A stretch of 64,000 nt of DNA from Lepidodermella squamata (taxonomy: Eukaryota > Animalia > Gastrotricha). The stretch spans positions 496,001-560,000 of the forward strand of contig JBLDXI010000043.1 in NCBI GenBank assembly GCA_047495785.1. Reading direction: 5' to 3'. The notes under the pieces were generated by a model. It made no database searches. It saw only the letters and a list, made by a program, of their open reading frames with translations, and was not told the DNA's origin. The position numbers and the translations under genes were made by a program. Shown here piece after piece: positions 52,279 to 64,000 of the stretch (the stretch's first letter is position 1; each line of letters starts with the position of its first letter).

Positions 52279-54322
52279 TTTTCGCTGTTGTAGCGCCTGA
52301 GAATTGATTAACTTATGGTGATTCACGAAATTTAAAAAAAAGCATGTCAGTTTCGCAAATTATGTTCTGGATCGCGGGTTTCTTTGCCTCTTCCATATTT
52401 TTGCTTCATATTCAAAAAGTGAATAAAAATGGTATTAAAGTCTTGAAACGATACAGCAGTACTTTTTTGAAAATTAAATTTGAAATAATTTTCATGTTAT
52501 TCATTTTGAAATTTTGAAATTAATTTATAGCCGCATTAGGAATATGTCCATTTCGGGGTTTTCTCGTAGGAAAATCTGCAAATTCACACATATTATGCAT
52601 GTTGAAGTCTTATTTCGTAGCGATATTCCTATTACCGCAGTAGCATTACGGCATAATCCTAGTTGATGTGCGCATTTCTATCATGTACGCATACCGCTTG
52701 CACGCCATATAAAAGGAAAAACGCTAATAGCGTAAAACATTTACCGGTTGCGCTAACCGCACCTAATAATACCGTGCAAGAATATAAACACATGTGCGCG
52801 GGAAGTATGGCGCAGCGCGCGCACGTTTACTATGGATACCATGGCAACCATTTGCCGCAGGTTATTCATAGTGCGTGAGTTCTGAAACACCCTGTATATA
52901 GGATGTGGCACCCTAAATGGGTGAACTTTGGCGCCCGGCAGCTCCCTAACCGCTCGGTCGATTCTCGATTATTTTACGTCGTTGGATAGCCACGAGACTG
53001 ACTTAGATGCTTATGACGAAGCGCGACTCGTCAGCTCGCGCTCTTTGTTTACTCAGCTACCACTCACTGCGCGCCTGCTGCGCGCGTGTGCCTCACTTTG
53101 CCTCTCTGATATACTTATTGTTTTGGAGATAGGACTTTAAGCCGCACTAACGACGAATTATAATTATAATTATTAGCAACAAGTATGTGGATTACTTTCT
53201 TTCAAAGCTAAAACAGCAATAAAAACTATTTGAACTGACAAAACGAATTCACTAAAAAATTATGACAGCCCCGGATGGAATCGAACCATCGTACCCCTAG
53301 GTAGTATCAGCCTCTTCAGCCACTACGATGGTTCATGAATTCGCAACTTGGAACGCTACTTCGCTACCTATGACTTAACGAAAAAGCCCTATTTTTTGTT
53401 AACCACAAGCGCGAACGCTCTCGACTAGCGCCCGGTCATGCCGCCACCACGGGTCCGGCACCGAGGTGGTCATCGCAAATTGAATGAAAATAATGATGAT
53501 TGGCTAATTTGCGTAACGAAAACTTGACAACTTTAGAGACATTATAATAATGAGAAAAGGATTTAAATATTATTTCCAGCCGGATCGCAGCCTTCTATTT
53601 TTTATTAACAGAATTAACATCTGCCAAAAAGTATGTCTGCCAATTCACTATTCCAAATCGAGGGTTCTGGATCGTATCCCGACCATATTTTTCGCATAAA
53701 ATTGAAGACAAAAAAATTTGACCGAAGAAACTGAACATATTATTGAGAAAATTCAAATTCCTCGGGCGCAAAACGCTTTAGCATCATTAATCTGACGACG
53801 ATTTTGGTAGTAAAAAAATCCACTGACTGTTCTAATATTTGCATTTTGCATTACTGCACTTTTTCGATTACGTACCATTTCTGATTTTTTTCTAAATAAA
53901 ACTCCTCTATCATTTATAAACTCCCTCCTTTATCAAACCTGAAAAAATGTAATAAAATTCATGGAGTGGCTCTGTGTCTGACCGCTATCAGTGATATCCG
54001 CGATGCAAATTCTCCCGCACACTGTGGCTCAAACTAGCCCGCCGCCTGACGCTGAGGGAGTTTTATAAGTAAATACATCCATAAAGTCATACTTTATGCC
54101 ACAAGGCGTGGTCGCGCGCACTCGCATATGCGCCATAGGCGCGCAGTCACTAATATATAAAATTCACTATTTCGCAAATATTGCGCGACAAGAACGATAT
54201 GCCGGCGGCTTCTGGGGTCAAACGAAAAAGAACAAAGTTTTTCCGTTTAACACACATTTCGTAAAGCTCCTATGTCGAATACCGACATCAGCAAGGGACG
54301 AGCTGGTTAAACGGGAATACTA

Positions 54323-57300
54323 CAGTGCTCCCTCGTTAGTGGCACCCTCGTTAAAAGAACTCCCTCGTTAATAGACCGTAATTTTGGACCCCACAAAATA
54401 AATCAGTGGTTAATTTTTAATTAAACAAACAATAATTATTGGATGAATTAAAAAAATTAAGTGTGAAGAATTTGCGTTCCTAGAAACCTAGCGGCGTGTT
54501 GTCGTGGTTTTGAGAGATCCAGTTATTTCTAGTTTAGTTCAAACGAGTTGAACGATCATCAGTGCATTAAGCTGTTCTTGCGGGCTTTGAAATGACTTTG
54601 ATTATGCAACAGAGTGTGTGGATTAGCTGCCACTCAAGTCGTGCTGCGAGTCGTCCTGTTTTTTAGTTGAAATTCCACCAGAAATTACGCCAGTTCATCA
54701 GAAAAAACTAGTAATTCGTTTCAACTATAAAAATGCCCTTCTATCTTCAATCTTCTTGATTTTCAGATTTTCCATGAGGTCGATTGCTGATCAACCAATA
54801 TGCCCATTGAATTGCCCTCATTTTTCATTATTTAACAGTTTTCCCGGCCAGAAAATCTCTTTAACTTTATCACCATTATTAGCATGAGTCAGGATTAAAA
54901 TCGTTACTTTTTCTTAGAAAAATCTGAAACTTCGTGGTATTTTGTATAATTTCTGACATCTTTGAATGAGCCCCGCTGGAATAAACCGTGAGCCTAATAG
55001 GAAATCACTAGTAATAATCCAGGTTTTCTGGTCGACAATTCTTGAATTTTCCACTCTAAATTATTTTTCTAAATGACTTTTTTAAGGTAATAATAGTTTT
55101 ATTTAGCCTCTTCTAGACTGAGCGTCATTTACCGTTTCCGGTTTTGAAGAGGGCGAAGGCAGGCAAAGATAAAATCATCACCAACCCCCACAGTTGAAGA
55201 TCTTGCTTTTTCCGAAAAATTCATAGTTTTCAATCGAGTTTACAATCATGCGCGATTCATCTTTTTCAAAAGACACCATTTCAGCTAGTTGAAAATCGGG
55301 TATAATTTTAATTTCAAACTCCTTTTCGCCGGATTTTTCCTTCCCTTTTTTCTTTGGCGTTTTGCCCTTCTTATCCTTGGCCTTATTCTTAGTGCTAGTT
55401 TTCTTTTCCGGCGTAATTCCTTAGTCAGTCCTACCTTTATCAGACTTCTATGCACTCCGTGGATCCATCTAGTTCGGGGTCGTCCTCTAGGTGCAAACCA
55501 TCCCAACGGAGGCGTCCAAATATATATTTTGTTAATTAGTCCTTCCTCGTCGTAGTCACGTGATCTAACAATGTGTCCGAAGTACCTTAACCGTTGTTTT
55601 TCAACTATGCGGCTCACTTCAATGAGACCTCCGCATAGAGCCAACCTTATATCTATGTTAGGAATGTAGTCCATTAAGTGGACACCTACTATTGATCGGA
55701 GCCATCGATATTCTATAGTGTTTAGTCTATTTTCTTGGGCTACCGATATGTTCCATGATTCGCACGCGTAAATGAGGGTAGGTATTATAACACATGTCAA
55801 TACCTTAAGTTTTGTTGCTATGGAAACCTGATTTTTGTTGCACATGAATTTATTCATGGCTCCGAAAACACTGCCCGCTTTAGAAATCCTATAGTTCAGT
55901 TCCTCGTCGATTTTGCCGTCACTAGTAATGATACTGCCTAAATATTTGAATTTTGTCACTTTTTCAAGTTTTTTCCCATTTGGTTCCAATTCGTAATTTT
56001 GTGCAGCCGACTCGTCCTTAGAGATAATCATATATTGAGTTTTTGCCGCGTTTATTTTCAAACCCAATTCGGTGCCAAATCGAAAATATTAAGTAGTCGT
56101 GAAATTTCGTCGTGGTTCATGCCTAAAAGTGTTCCGTCGTCAGCTTTTTTAAGTTCTTCAAATTTATTTCCCTCCCGTGTTACGTAATCACGAAGAATCG
56201 TGTCCTTGTTTTCAGATTTAATTGAATTTAGATACATAGATTTATTCTCATAATAAACCGTTATCATTCGTTCGAGTTATTGGATATTTTAGGCGATTTT
56301 TGAAAGTCGATAGGCCTGATCTAGCATGCAACTCGCTGCCACTAATTAACGATTTCATTGCTCAGCGCCCTGGCAATTTTCCCAGTTTTTTCACAACTTT
56401 TCATGATTCGATTTTGACTTTGAAAATTGCAACATCCCGAGAAGGGGCGGCGGGAGCTTCTGCCCGATTTTTTTACTTGCTCTGATCTTAATAGGGCAGT
56501 CGAATGAAAATCAGACCACGCCTGAGAAGATAATAATTCATTCGATTCAATCGAAACGCCTATCAAATCAGTGTTTCCTTTGACCACACGTTTGACGGAA
56601 CCACACGTCTTATGCCTTACGAGGTCCGCCATAGCTCAATGCCATTAATTCGATGAAATTCGAGAAAGACAGAGGCAGCTTAACTGCGTAAAAAATCGAA
56701 AATGTTTAATATTTCATCAAAATTGTCAACATTTCATAATAATTAGCCATTTTTTGAATATTTCTACAAATTTTAGGCGAATTTTCTGAATTGAAATTTG
56801 CTTGTGATTTTTTCAGAGAAATATCCGAAAAGTAATTTCAGGCCACTGGAGAATTTCAAAATTTGGTTCCGCTCAATGTAAACTAGGTTCCGGTAAAGGA
56901 GAGGCCATTTGTGGAAAACTCTGCGATATCAGGAGCTTTTATGGTCGACAAAATAAATAATCAATATTTCCGATCGCTAATAAAATTCTGCAATAAAGAG
57001 AGGAAATAAAGTAGGGTTTGTGAATTTCGCGTTATATTTCCCGAGTTTTTTTTATACTTTTACCTACGGCTTCAAAGCACCAAAACGATTTGGCAATGAA
57101 TCTGATGTTTCGGCATTGAGCACATATCATCAATCCTAATTAAGATCAATCCCAATAATATTCATGAATACGAGTTTCCACAGGCCGATGAAATTCCAGT
57201 GACGCCATCCTAATTTGCAGCCTCCTTAACCGGGTTAAACCTTGGGATGGCCAAGGTGATTGAATTTTGAAGCTGGGATTTTAAATGAAATTTTTTGTTA

Positions 57301-57697
57301 TTTCAATTGGACGAGCTGTGTGTATTTCATGTAAATTGAAGCAATGAGAATCCAGGTTCCGTTTTAATCGTAAGTTCGTTAACCCCAAGCAGGACTGAAG
57401 ATCAGAGTAAAATAACAATGGCTAACCAGTCAAATCAAAGTCGCCCTGGTAACTAAGAAAAAAACTTGGCACTTATGACTCATCGCGTTATCATTTTGCA
57501 GCCTTCAGCGAGAAAGTTTTTCAAATACACATAATCCGGTGTCCGTCTCTTTCAGCGCGTTGCCATGACAACTGTCTTAAGACATGGCAACGGTCTATTT
57601 TTAGCTCTTGCATTCAATTACAGCCCTCGTTAAAGCTTTCCCTTGTTAAAAGACCGGGTCTGGCTCCCGACCCAGTGCTTTTATCGAGGGAGCACCG
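54323..57697. mobile_element. Tc1/mariner-pogo (Tigger-like) DNA transposon, decayed
   Basis: TIRs CAGTGCTCCCTCGTTA and TATCGAGGGAGCACCG, TA TSD, subterminal CCCTCGTTA repeats; removing it restores the host LINE frame. Confidence 0.8.
55090..56290 (-). mobile_element. 5'-truncated RTE-clade LINE fragment nested in the pogo-like element
   Basis: ORF 55285-56067 has GLKINAAKTQYM, FKYLGS, PTLIYACESW, RLRYFGHIVR and RGRPRTRW, typical of the RTE C-terminal region; frameshifted ADD motif upstream. Boundaries are approximate. Confidence 0.8.
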
Positions 57698-58771
57698 TAC
57701 ATTGACCCACCAAAATTGATTTTGACAAAATCAGCAGTTCGATACTACCTGCGGCTCAAATTCGAGAACGACCATGTGCTCCTAAAAACAGCCTACAAAA
57801 TTATCAACTCAAACAAAAACCTATACCGAAATATATTCTCCAACCTAGAAAGCGACGTCGAGCAACTCGGCGGCGCTGAGATCTTTCAAGCGACTTCTCA
57901 ATTTGAGGGTTTGTCTCATCTTGGGAAGTGGTACGAAAGATGGATTCAAAATGACAAGAGCTACACGATTAATTTTCTGAAAATTTCTTATCACAATTCA
58001 ATTTACACTGATGATTGCTTCGACAAACTGCAGCTCTACTCCAACACACAAAATGCTTTTTGGTCGGTAAATAATATCAGGACTCTGTGTATGATAAGAA
58101 CTAACTCCCTCCTGAAACCCTTCTGTTATATTAACAATTTTGGAATGAAATGCATATATTGTATAAAATTCGGAAATCCGCTAGTGACACCTTTCAGGTC
58201 TTACGCTGATACTATGGAACTGATATATCACATCTGCCTAGAATGTACTAATATTTCTCGTGAAAATAACACTCTTTTCCGTAAAACATTAATACTGACA
58301 ATAAAGAAGATTATATCTGCACTATTAATCGTACCATATCCTCGTGTAAAACCGTTAATGACTTGATATGTCTGTCTAATATTTTATCATTAGCTTCTAA
58401 TTTCCGACACCATCTGAAAAACTATACATACCCTAAATCGACAAGCTCGGACTAACCAGCTACTGTATAACTAATGATATGGCACGATGCTATTCTCAAT
58501 TACTATGTTAAAAAAAGCTGAATAAGGAAATAATTTGTGTACATCTCACTCTCTTACTGTATTGACCAAAAACTAAAACAAGTGATGACTTCATCCTAAT
58601 TTTCTCTCTTGGATTTTAAGCCCACCCGTGGCCGGCGTTAATTTATATTACTATTTCGAAATAAAACACCCTGCTTGTTTGTTTAGTTTTACAAGATTTC
58701 GAACCGACTTGAATCCTCAGCTATGGGCTACTATAATTGGATTTTATTTATTATTGGGGATTATTAGTAAC

Positions 58772-59816
58772 GGTGTTACGACAAGGTAGCCCAAGACAGA
58801 ATAGTCCCGACAAGTTATCACCGACTAGATAGCCCCGCGACAACTTATCAATTGAAAAATTAAAGTTTTGGGCGCCAAGGTAGCCCCTGCCAAAATAGCA
58901 AAAATTCGACGACAATTTAGCCCCGACAAAATTGCCAAGAACATTCGAGCACAAATTGAAGAAATGTATTTCCATATTTTCGTTGTATTTCTAGTTTAAA
59001 AACGACAATTCAGCTAGTAGCGTATGTTAGAGAATGGAATGAATGAGTTGTAGCCACCAGAAAGAGAGCACGAGTTCACGACTACATTTAATTCACTATT
59101 TGAGGATATATTCAGCCGCCCTTACCTAACAACAATCGCATTACGGCAAAGAGGACATCGCTTATTAGCCGGAACGTTTAAAGAGTCGTTGCCAACGAAG
59201 GCAGTTTTTAACCAGCCTCGTACGCAGCTTTTGCAGAATACGTGTCCACAGCGTAGAGCTCTTGGGTGACGGGCCTTCTCCTTGCAGATGCTGCATTCGA
59301 GAACTCTTGATAACGGATCATCCGGTGAAGTCTTGCCGTTTTCTTGCTGCGACGGGTCAGGTGGTTGCTCAGGTTGGTGGCCGTGTTCGCGATCAGAATC
59401 GACGGCTTGAATGCTCTCCAAACCGACGAGGCACATCAGAATGACGATGGAGAATTTCATGATTGAAAAGAATGTTTTCGAAAAAGGGATGTTTAGTGAC
59501 CAGCGGCGCCCAGGTTTTTAAACCTGAATTCGGCGCCCATGTGCATTGTTTACGCGTTAATTAGCTGACTTGGCGGCAAATAAGCAGTGTTATCGCGCTA
59601 ATGAGTCGTGTGTTAGAATGTCGCGTGTTGAATTGTCGCTGGATTAATTAATATTTCGGGCCAAAAAGTCGCCAATGAATTGTCGCGGAGAAAAATAATT
59701 TTTATTCGGGACCAATTGTCACGGGCTGTTTTGTTTTTGGGATAGCCAGTCCGGTCTATTTTGTCGGGGCTATTTTGTCGGGATTATTTTGTCTTGGGCT
59801 CACTTGTCGTATAACC
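58772..59816. mobile_element. 1045-bp TIR element with 8-bp TSD (Mutator/foldback-like) carrying an intact secreted RING gene
   Basis: Left end GGTGTTACGACAAGGTAGCCCAAGACAGAATAGTCCCGACAA; right end (reverse complement) GGTTATACGACAAGTGAGCCCAAGACAAAATAATCCCGACAA. Subterminal GACAA repeats; perfect TSD TTAGTAAC at 58764-58771 and 59817-59824. Confidence 0.85.
59122..59460 (-). CDS. Signal peptide plus RING-HC (C3HC4) finger protein, 112 aa, intronless
   Basis: Signal-like N-terminus MKFSIVILMCLVGLESIQA, Pro/Gln linker, C-x2-C-x11-C-x-H-x2-C-x2-C-x22-C-x2-C with the conserved Trp and CPLCR; TTTAAAA upstream and ATTAAA downstream. Confidence 0.85.
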   Translation of the reverse strand: MKFSIVILMCLVGLESIQAVDSDREHGHQPEQPPDPSQQENGKTSPDDPLSRVLECSICKEKARHPRALRCGHVFCKSCVRGWLKTAFVGNDSLNVPANKRCPLCRNAIVVR

Positions 59817-60006
59817 TTAGTAACTTGGCTACATTGAAATTCAGAACTTGCACAGGGTTCGTAGTTCCCTCAGTCCTCAGTTGAAACTACACATTTCTCA
59901 GCTGCGCTCTAACGTTTAACTAAATTAGGCTCCAATATAGAGTTCAAAATAACAAAATTAGAAAAACTTCGGTTTTCAATTCCAAACAGCCGTAAGAAAT
60001 ACTTGT

Positions 60007-61578
60007 TCAGAATGCTTTCAGGTAGAAAATGAAAGGTGATTGCGTTGTGAACTTACGTTCTTCAACTGTTGGCCTTGAAACTTCTGCCATCGCAGAGCTG
60101 TTCGTGTTAGCCATTGAATCATCAAGCAGCGTCTGGCCAAGTGCTTCAAGCATCCGTTCAGCAAAGTATGGTCGCTCCAGTTCAATGGCGAGGAGATACG
60201 GCGTCATTCCTTGTGAATTCCGCAGTCTGAAGTCGAATTTGGTATCCTTGAGAAATAAATTCAGTGCCTCGGTGTTATTCTCGATAACAGCGTGATGGGC
60301 GGCCGAATTAAGCGATTTGTCAACTGCATTTCTTTCCGCGCCGTGATTCAACAAAAACTTTATAAATTTGGCGCTGTTACGCTGCATGACTGCAACATGA
60401 AGAGCCGTAAGGCCGCTGTTCTCTGTTTTCGCGTTCACGTCCACTAAGGGCAAATTGATCAGATCGGCAGCTAGTTTGTCTGTGGCCAGATGTAAAAGGC
60501 CGTAGAAATTGTTATCAACAGCCCTATGATCGGCTGAAAATTCCGCATATAATGCTCGTGTTGTTTTCGGACACGACGAAGACACAGCACGAAGAAACGG
60601 CGTCATACCCCGCGAATCACGGCTTTCAATGATGTCAGATGATGCGTCGTACAATGTGGCGACCATTTCCGAATCGGAAGCTTGCCACTCTTCGCAGCTT
60701 CCTTCAACCAACGAATGCAGAGGTGTTTCAGAATTCGGCTCACTTCTAGCCATAACATCAGCTCCCTGGGCTAGTAGCAGCTTAACATAAGCCGCGTGTC
60801 GATAGAAAGCAGCTGCGTGAAGAGGCGAACCGATGCTTCCGTTGCCATACAAACAACGACCTTCTGTTATTGGATACGAACGCTTTACCATTTCTTGAGA
60901 AAAATTAATACTTCCGTTAATGGCTGCCCAGCATGCCGGAATCTGGCCATGACTGTCCTGGGCAGAGGCATTGAAGTAACTCTCGAGTTGAAGAAATTCG
61001 GGGAAATCCCATTCAGCTGCTGAATGCGATAGATGTTTTCCTTCGAAAACATCCAGGCCAATGTCTCGAAGTTTGAAAAGGTTTGCCAATGCGCCGTAGT
61101 TTTTCTGTCTGACCAAAAAATGGCTCAAAGGCGTGCCGTTAGCATCGAGTCGCGAAGTGTCCGCGAAATAATCAATAAGAAGCGCTTGTATATCTGCAGT
61201 AGCATGGAAAATAGCAGTGCGGTTGTGATAATCGACAGCTTCAATCACCGCCCTTACGTCATTGGTCAGGTCCTTTTCAGATTTCGGCCGTTTAGCCGCT
61301 GGTAGGAAGTGCTCGAAGACTTGTGTACTGTTGGACATGGCGACTTGGTGCAGCGGGGTCCACCCGTAAGCATTGCGAATTTCAGCCAGATGGACGCCTT
61401 CGAAGTTTTCTTCGATGATAGCGTCTACATCTGCGACACTGTCCTGTTTAACAGCTTCGAAGAGTGCTTTAATTCCTGCAGACTTGACTTTTGCAAGTGA
61501 CTGGCTGTGCAATTCAAATCCATTCCCAGCGCAGAATAGTGTTAGGATAGCGAACGTTATTGAGGCTGGGCGATGCAT
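60007..61578 (-). CDS. Signal-peptide-bearing ankyrin-repeat protein, 523 aa, intronless
   Basis: Hydrophobic N-terminus MHRPASITFAILTLFCAGNG followed by many ankyrin repeats (GWTPLHQVA, GSPLHAAA, ETPLHSLV, GMTPFLRAV, GLTALHVAV, GMTPYLLAI). Confidence 0.85.
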   Translation of the reverse strand: MHRPASITFAILTLFCAGNGFELHSQSLAKVKSAGIKALFEAVKQDSVADVDAIIEENFEGVHLAEIRNAYGWTPLHQVAMSNSTQVFEHFLPAAKRPKSEKDLTNDVRAVIEAVDYHNRTAIFHATADIQALLIDYFADTSRLDANGTPLSHFLVRQKNYGALANLFKLRDIGLDVFEGKHLSHSAAEWDFPEFLQLESYFNASAQDSHGQIPACWAAINGSINFSQEMVKRSYPITEGRCLYGNGSIGSPLHAAAFYRHAAYVKLLLAQGADVMARSEPNSETPLHSLVEGSCEEWQASDSEMVATLYDASSDIIESRDSRGMTPFLRAVSSSCPKTTRALYAEFSADHRAVDNNFYGLLHLATDKLAADLINLPLVDVNAKTENSGLTALHVAVMQRNSAKFIKFLLNHGAERNAVDKSLNSAAHHAVIENNTEALNLFLKDTKFDFRLRNSQGMTPYLLAIELERPYFAERMLEALGQTLLDDSMANTNSSAMAEVSRPTVEERKFTTQSPFIFYLKAF

Positions 61579-62001
61579 TATTTTTTAATCCCGTTAAATT
61601 GTCTATTGAATGAATAAAGAAGCATATGTTCATCTTCTTTCAATGATCTAAGACTTATTCCGGGTTAGCATGAATGACAAAGGCGACTGCCGAGTATTGC
61701 TACTTTTTAAAACCTCCAAATGTCGAGAATGAAAACGTTTCAAACTTGAAACAGGGAGAAGTGAAATCTCGAGAATCATGAGAATTAAGGCGACAGCATC
61801 CTCGAAAAAAAGGATGGCTTTACTAATTAACACTTTCAACCCCCATCGAAATTTAAAACGCCGCACATTCTAATTTGAATATCTAATAGCAAACTTGTAA
61901 CAGGCTATAACATGTTCAGCACCCACCAATTAAAAAAATAGCAGCAAGCGCTGAATCACAGCGGAATCGCTCTGTTTTCTGTGTTGAAAACCTAACGAGG
62001 C

Positions 62002-63245
62002 ATGGATAATTTATTCTGCGTTTGTTTTTCAATTTCGCTGTTGTTTTCTAATAAAAAATTGACCTTTCACGCACTACTGAATCAGCCGCAGGTATACTCA
62101 GATTTTGCGCATTTGCCCAAACTTACGGCAGCTGAAACGTCCATTTTTTACAATAGGGTAAAAGCATGCTCTCAATTTTATCAGGTAAGGAAGCTATATT
62201 GCTTGAAAGCTTCTCAGCTCTCTATACTGAGACGACATACATCATGAAACTATATCATTGTGGGCTATTGGCAGCAAGCAACATCGATATCCATCTTTTA
62301 TTAGCGTGATGAATGCGTTCCTGGTTTACACTCTATTTTGAATCGCCTGTCACGCGAGCGGACAGGGTAATTTTCCTAACAGAGCGCGAAGTACGGGGGG
62401 AATGAGGGGTATCGTACCCCCCAGTTCGGCCGAACCTAAAAATTTCCCCCTAAAGATTTGCGACAAATGGGAATCTGATTTATTCCGCAATAATAACTTG
62501 AAAATTTGGCGAAAAAGCAAATGAAATGGACCCGTGGTTATTATTCATATTTTCAAAACGTTGTTGTTATGAAGCCAAGCTGATGGCGAGAGGTTTGCAA
62601 GCATGTCACATCTGCTCGAAATCATCATCACTAAATTCAAATTGTAACCGTGAAACGTTTCAACACGCCATGTTAGAGCCCATTTTAAAGAATTTGCGTT
62701 TGAACACTATCAAGAGATTTTTACAATGGAAAATACAGACAACATCAGGCCATTACGTCTACATTTTCGGCGAGGACAACTCGTCATGGGTCGCCTTGGA
62801 TCCTATTAGGGACGATACAGAGCTTGAAGCAGCTCGCCATCTCATGAACTCTTCGATAAGTCGCGGCGACTGGTACCGCCATTTACGGCCTTTATCCCCG
62901 CAGGAATTCCGTAATAATTTCGCGAAAATCGGCAACCCAAACTTTCAATGGTTCGTCATGACCGGGTCGGAGAAATTCGCGAAGAAAACCGGGCGAATAA
63001 TTGCGACTGCTCGAGTTGAGCTCATCCCGTACCACAACAAACGAGACCGCCGTCTCATGTCAGCGTTCATTTTCGCAAATGCCGACTACGCGTCGCATGA
63101 CTTCACGATTTGGAAGGTGTTCGATTGGTTCCTGCGGTACCCGGCCTTTGGCTTCACGGACAGGTCGCCGATCAAATCAGTGCTGGTCATGAACAATCGA
63201 ACCGCTTTTATTATGGATTTTTACAATAATGATTTGTTTGTTTAA
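62002..63245 (+). CDS. Hypothetical protein (2 exons) with hydrophobic N-terminus, divergent from the secreted ankyrin gene
   Basis: Exon 62002-62184 (CAG|gtaagg, phase 0) joins in frame to 62739-63245; AATAAA near 63256. No domain recognised. Confidence 0.6.
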
Positions 63246-64000
63246 TGATTGATTAATAAACTTCTTTAATAATAGGGCCAGTCTTTTTTATCAATTTTAC
63301 TGTTTTTCGAACTTTGGCGAGTTTTAAAGTGAGCTTTCTTTTTCTGCATTTCTCGAATTTGACTTCTCGAAAATCCCCAAGGGAATTCCCAAAAGCTTAT
63401 TCTTTATCTTGACGAAAAGACGGAAACAATGTCGAATGGAAACCCAGAGGGCAGTCCAGCGCCGCTTTTAGTGTAATTTCTATAAAATATAAAATATAAC
63501 TTCAGCCGTACTCGTGTATTTCGTTTCATATCTCAGTCCCTTCACTCCACAACAGACATAAATTACTCAATTCTCAGCAAAATCAATGTTATAACGTTGG
63601 ACAAGTGCCAATTGTAGATCGCCTAAGGTAATTTAGAGCGGCAGCTAGGTCGCGCCATCGATTAAACGCATTTTCTACTGCGAACCCCTTGTTTTTTCGT
63701 TTAGTTTATTGTCTTTATGCAGTTTGTCGAATCGATGAGCTGCCATCATCATTTATTATTAACGTAAGTCTTTATTCTTTTATCCCCTGCTGAGATAGAG
63801 TCCAGCCTAATAACGCCTTTTTTCTCTCCACGTAAAGAAATGTTTGCTATTAGCTGGAAAGATTTTGCTCGGGATAAACTGCTTCCAATATCCTATGCGA
63901 CTTACACGAAGTTGCAAGACGTTTCGACAAGCGAAATCTACGACAGGGCGAAACACATAGAACTTGAGCTCAACTTACAGAAATTCGTCGAACGATTGAA

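Larger units (their letters stand above)
46568..54196. mobile_element. 7.6-kb TIR element with 4-bp ATAT TSD (Sola1-like), no intact transposase seen
   Basis: TIR CGTTCTTG(C/T)CGCGCAATAT(G/T)TGCGA; ATAT at 46564-46567 and 54197-54200; removing it restores the host LINE frame. Confidence 0.82.
45763..58683 (+). mobile_element. 5'-truncated LINE related to the 26.9-31.7 kb element, split into three pieces (45763-46567, 54197-54322, 57698-58683) by nested insertions
   Basis: 11-bp TSD TAGTTTTACAA at 45752-45762 and 58684-58694. RT motifs QFGF, DFSSAFD, GVRQGDPLSP, YADD. The reading frame rejoins across both junctions (NYAY|AGGFWG and KREYY|IDPPKL) and aligns with the intact element; AATAAA near 58660. 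Confidence 0.9.

Noticed and set aside
48733-52894. Possible TA-flanked CAGGG...CCCTG Tc1-like element
   Set aside because: The terminal match is short and imperfect, and the left end may belong to the adjacent MITE remnant.

Overview
Eukaryotic (invertebrate animal, probably protostome/spiralian) genomic DNA with short GT-AG introns (many about 50 nt) and a heavy transposon load. Positions 1-10746 (minus strand) hold the 5' part of a striated-muscle-type myosin II heavy chain gene, including a GC-AG intron and a candidate 6-nt microexon in actin-binding loop 2. A three-exon CYP2-clan P450 follows. The rest is an accessory region rich in predicted secreted proteins: a PAN/apple peptide, two paralogs of an unrecognised Cys-containing domain, an intronless signal-peptide ankyrin protein, and a signal-peptide RING-HC protein carried inside a 1-kb TIR element with an 8-bp TSD. 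An ankyrin-SOCS box gene is also present. Splice-site reading suggests the five apparent ankyrin ORFs at 26-43.5 kb are phase-0 modular exons of two multi-exon genes. These would join extracellular modules (signal peptide plus 4 Sushi/CCP; coiled coil plus EGF) directly to ankyrin repeats with no transmembrane segment. Mobile elements include a full-length LINE with a 13-bp TSD, a second LINE split by nested Sola-like and pogo-like elements, a tRNA-derived SINE and many MITEs. Four of the MITEs share CAT...ATG ends and a TC/GA target duplication. All gene models were read by eye from the sequence and need RNA evidence.
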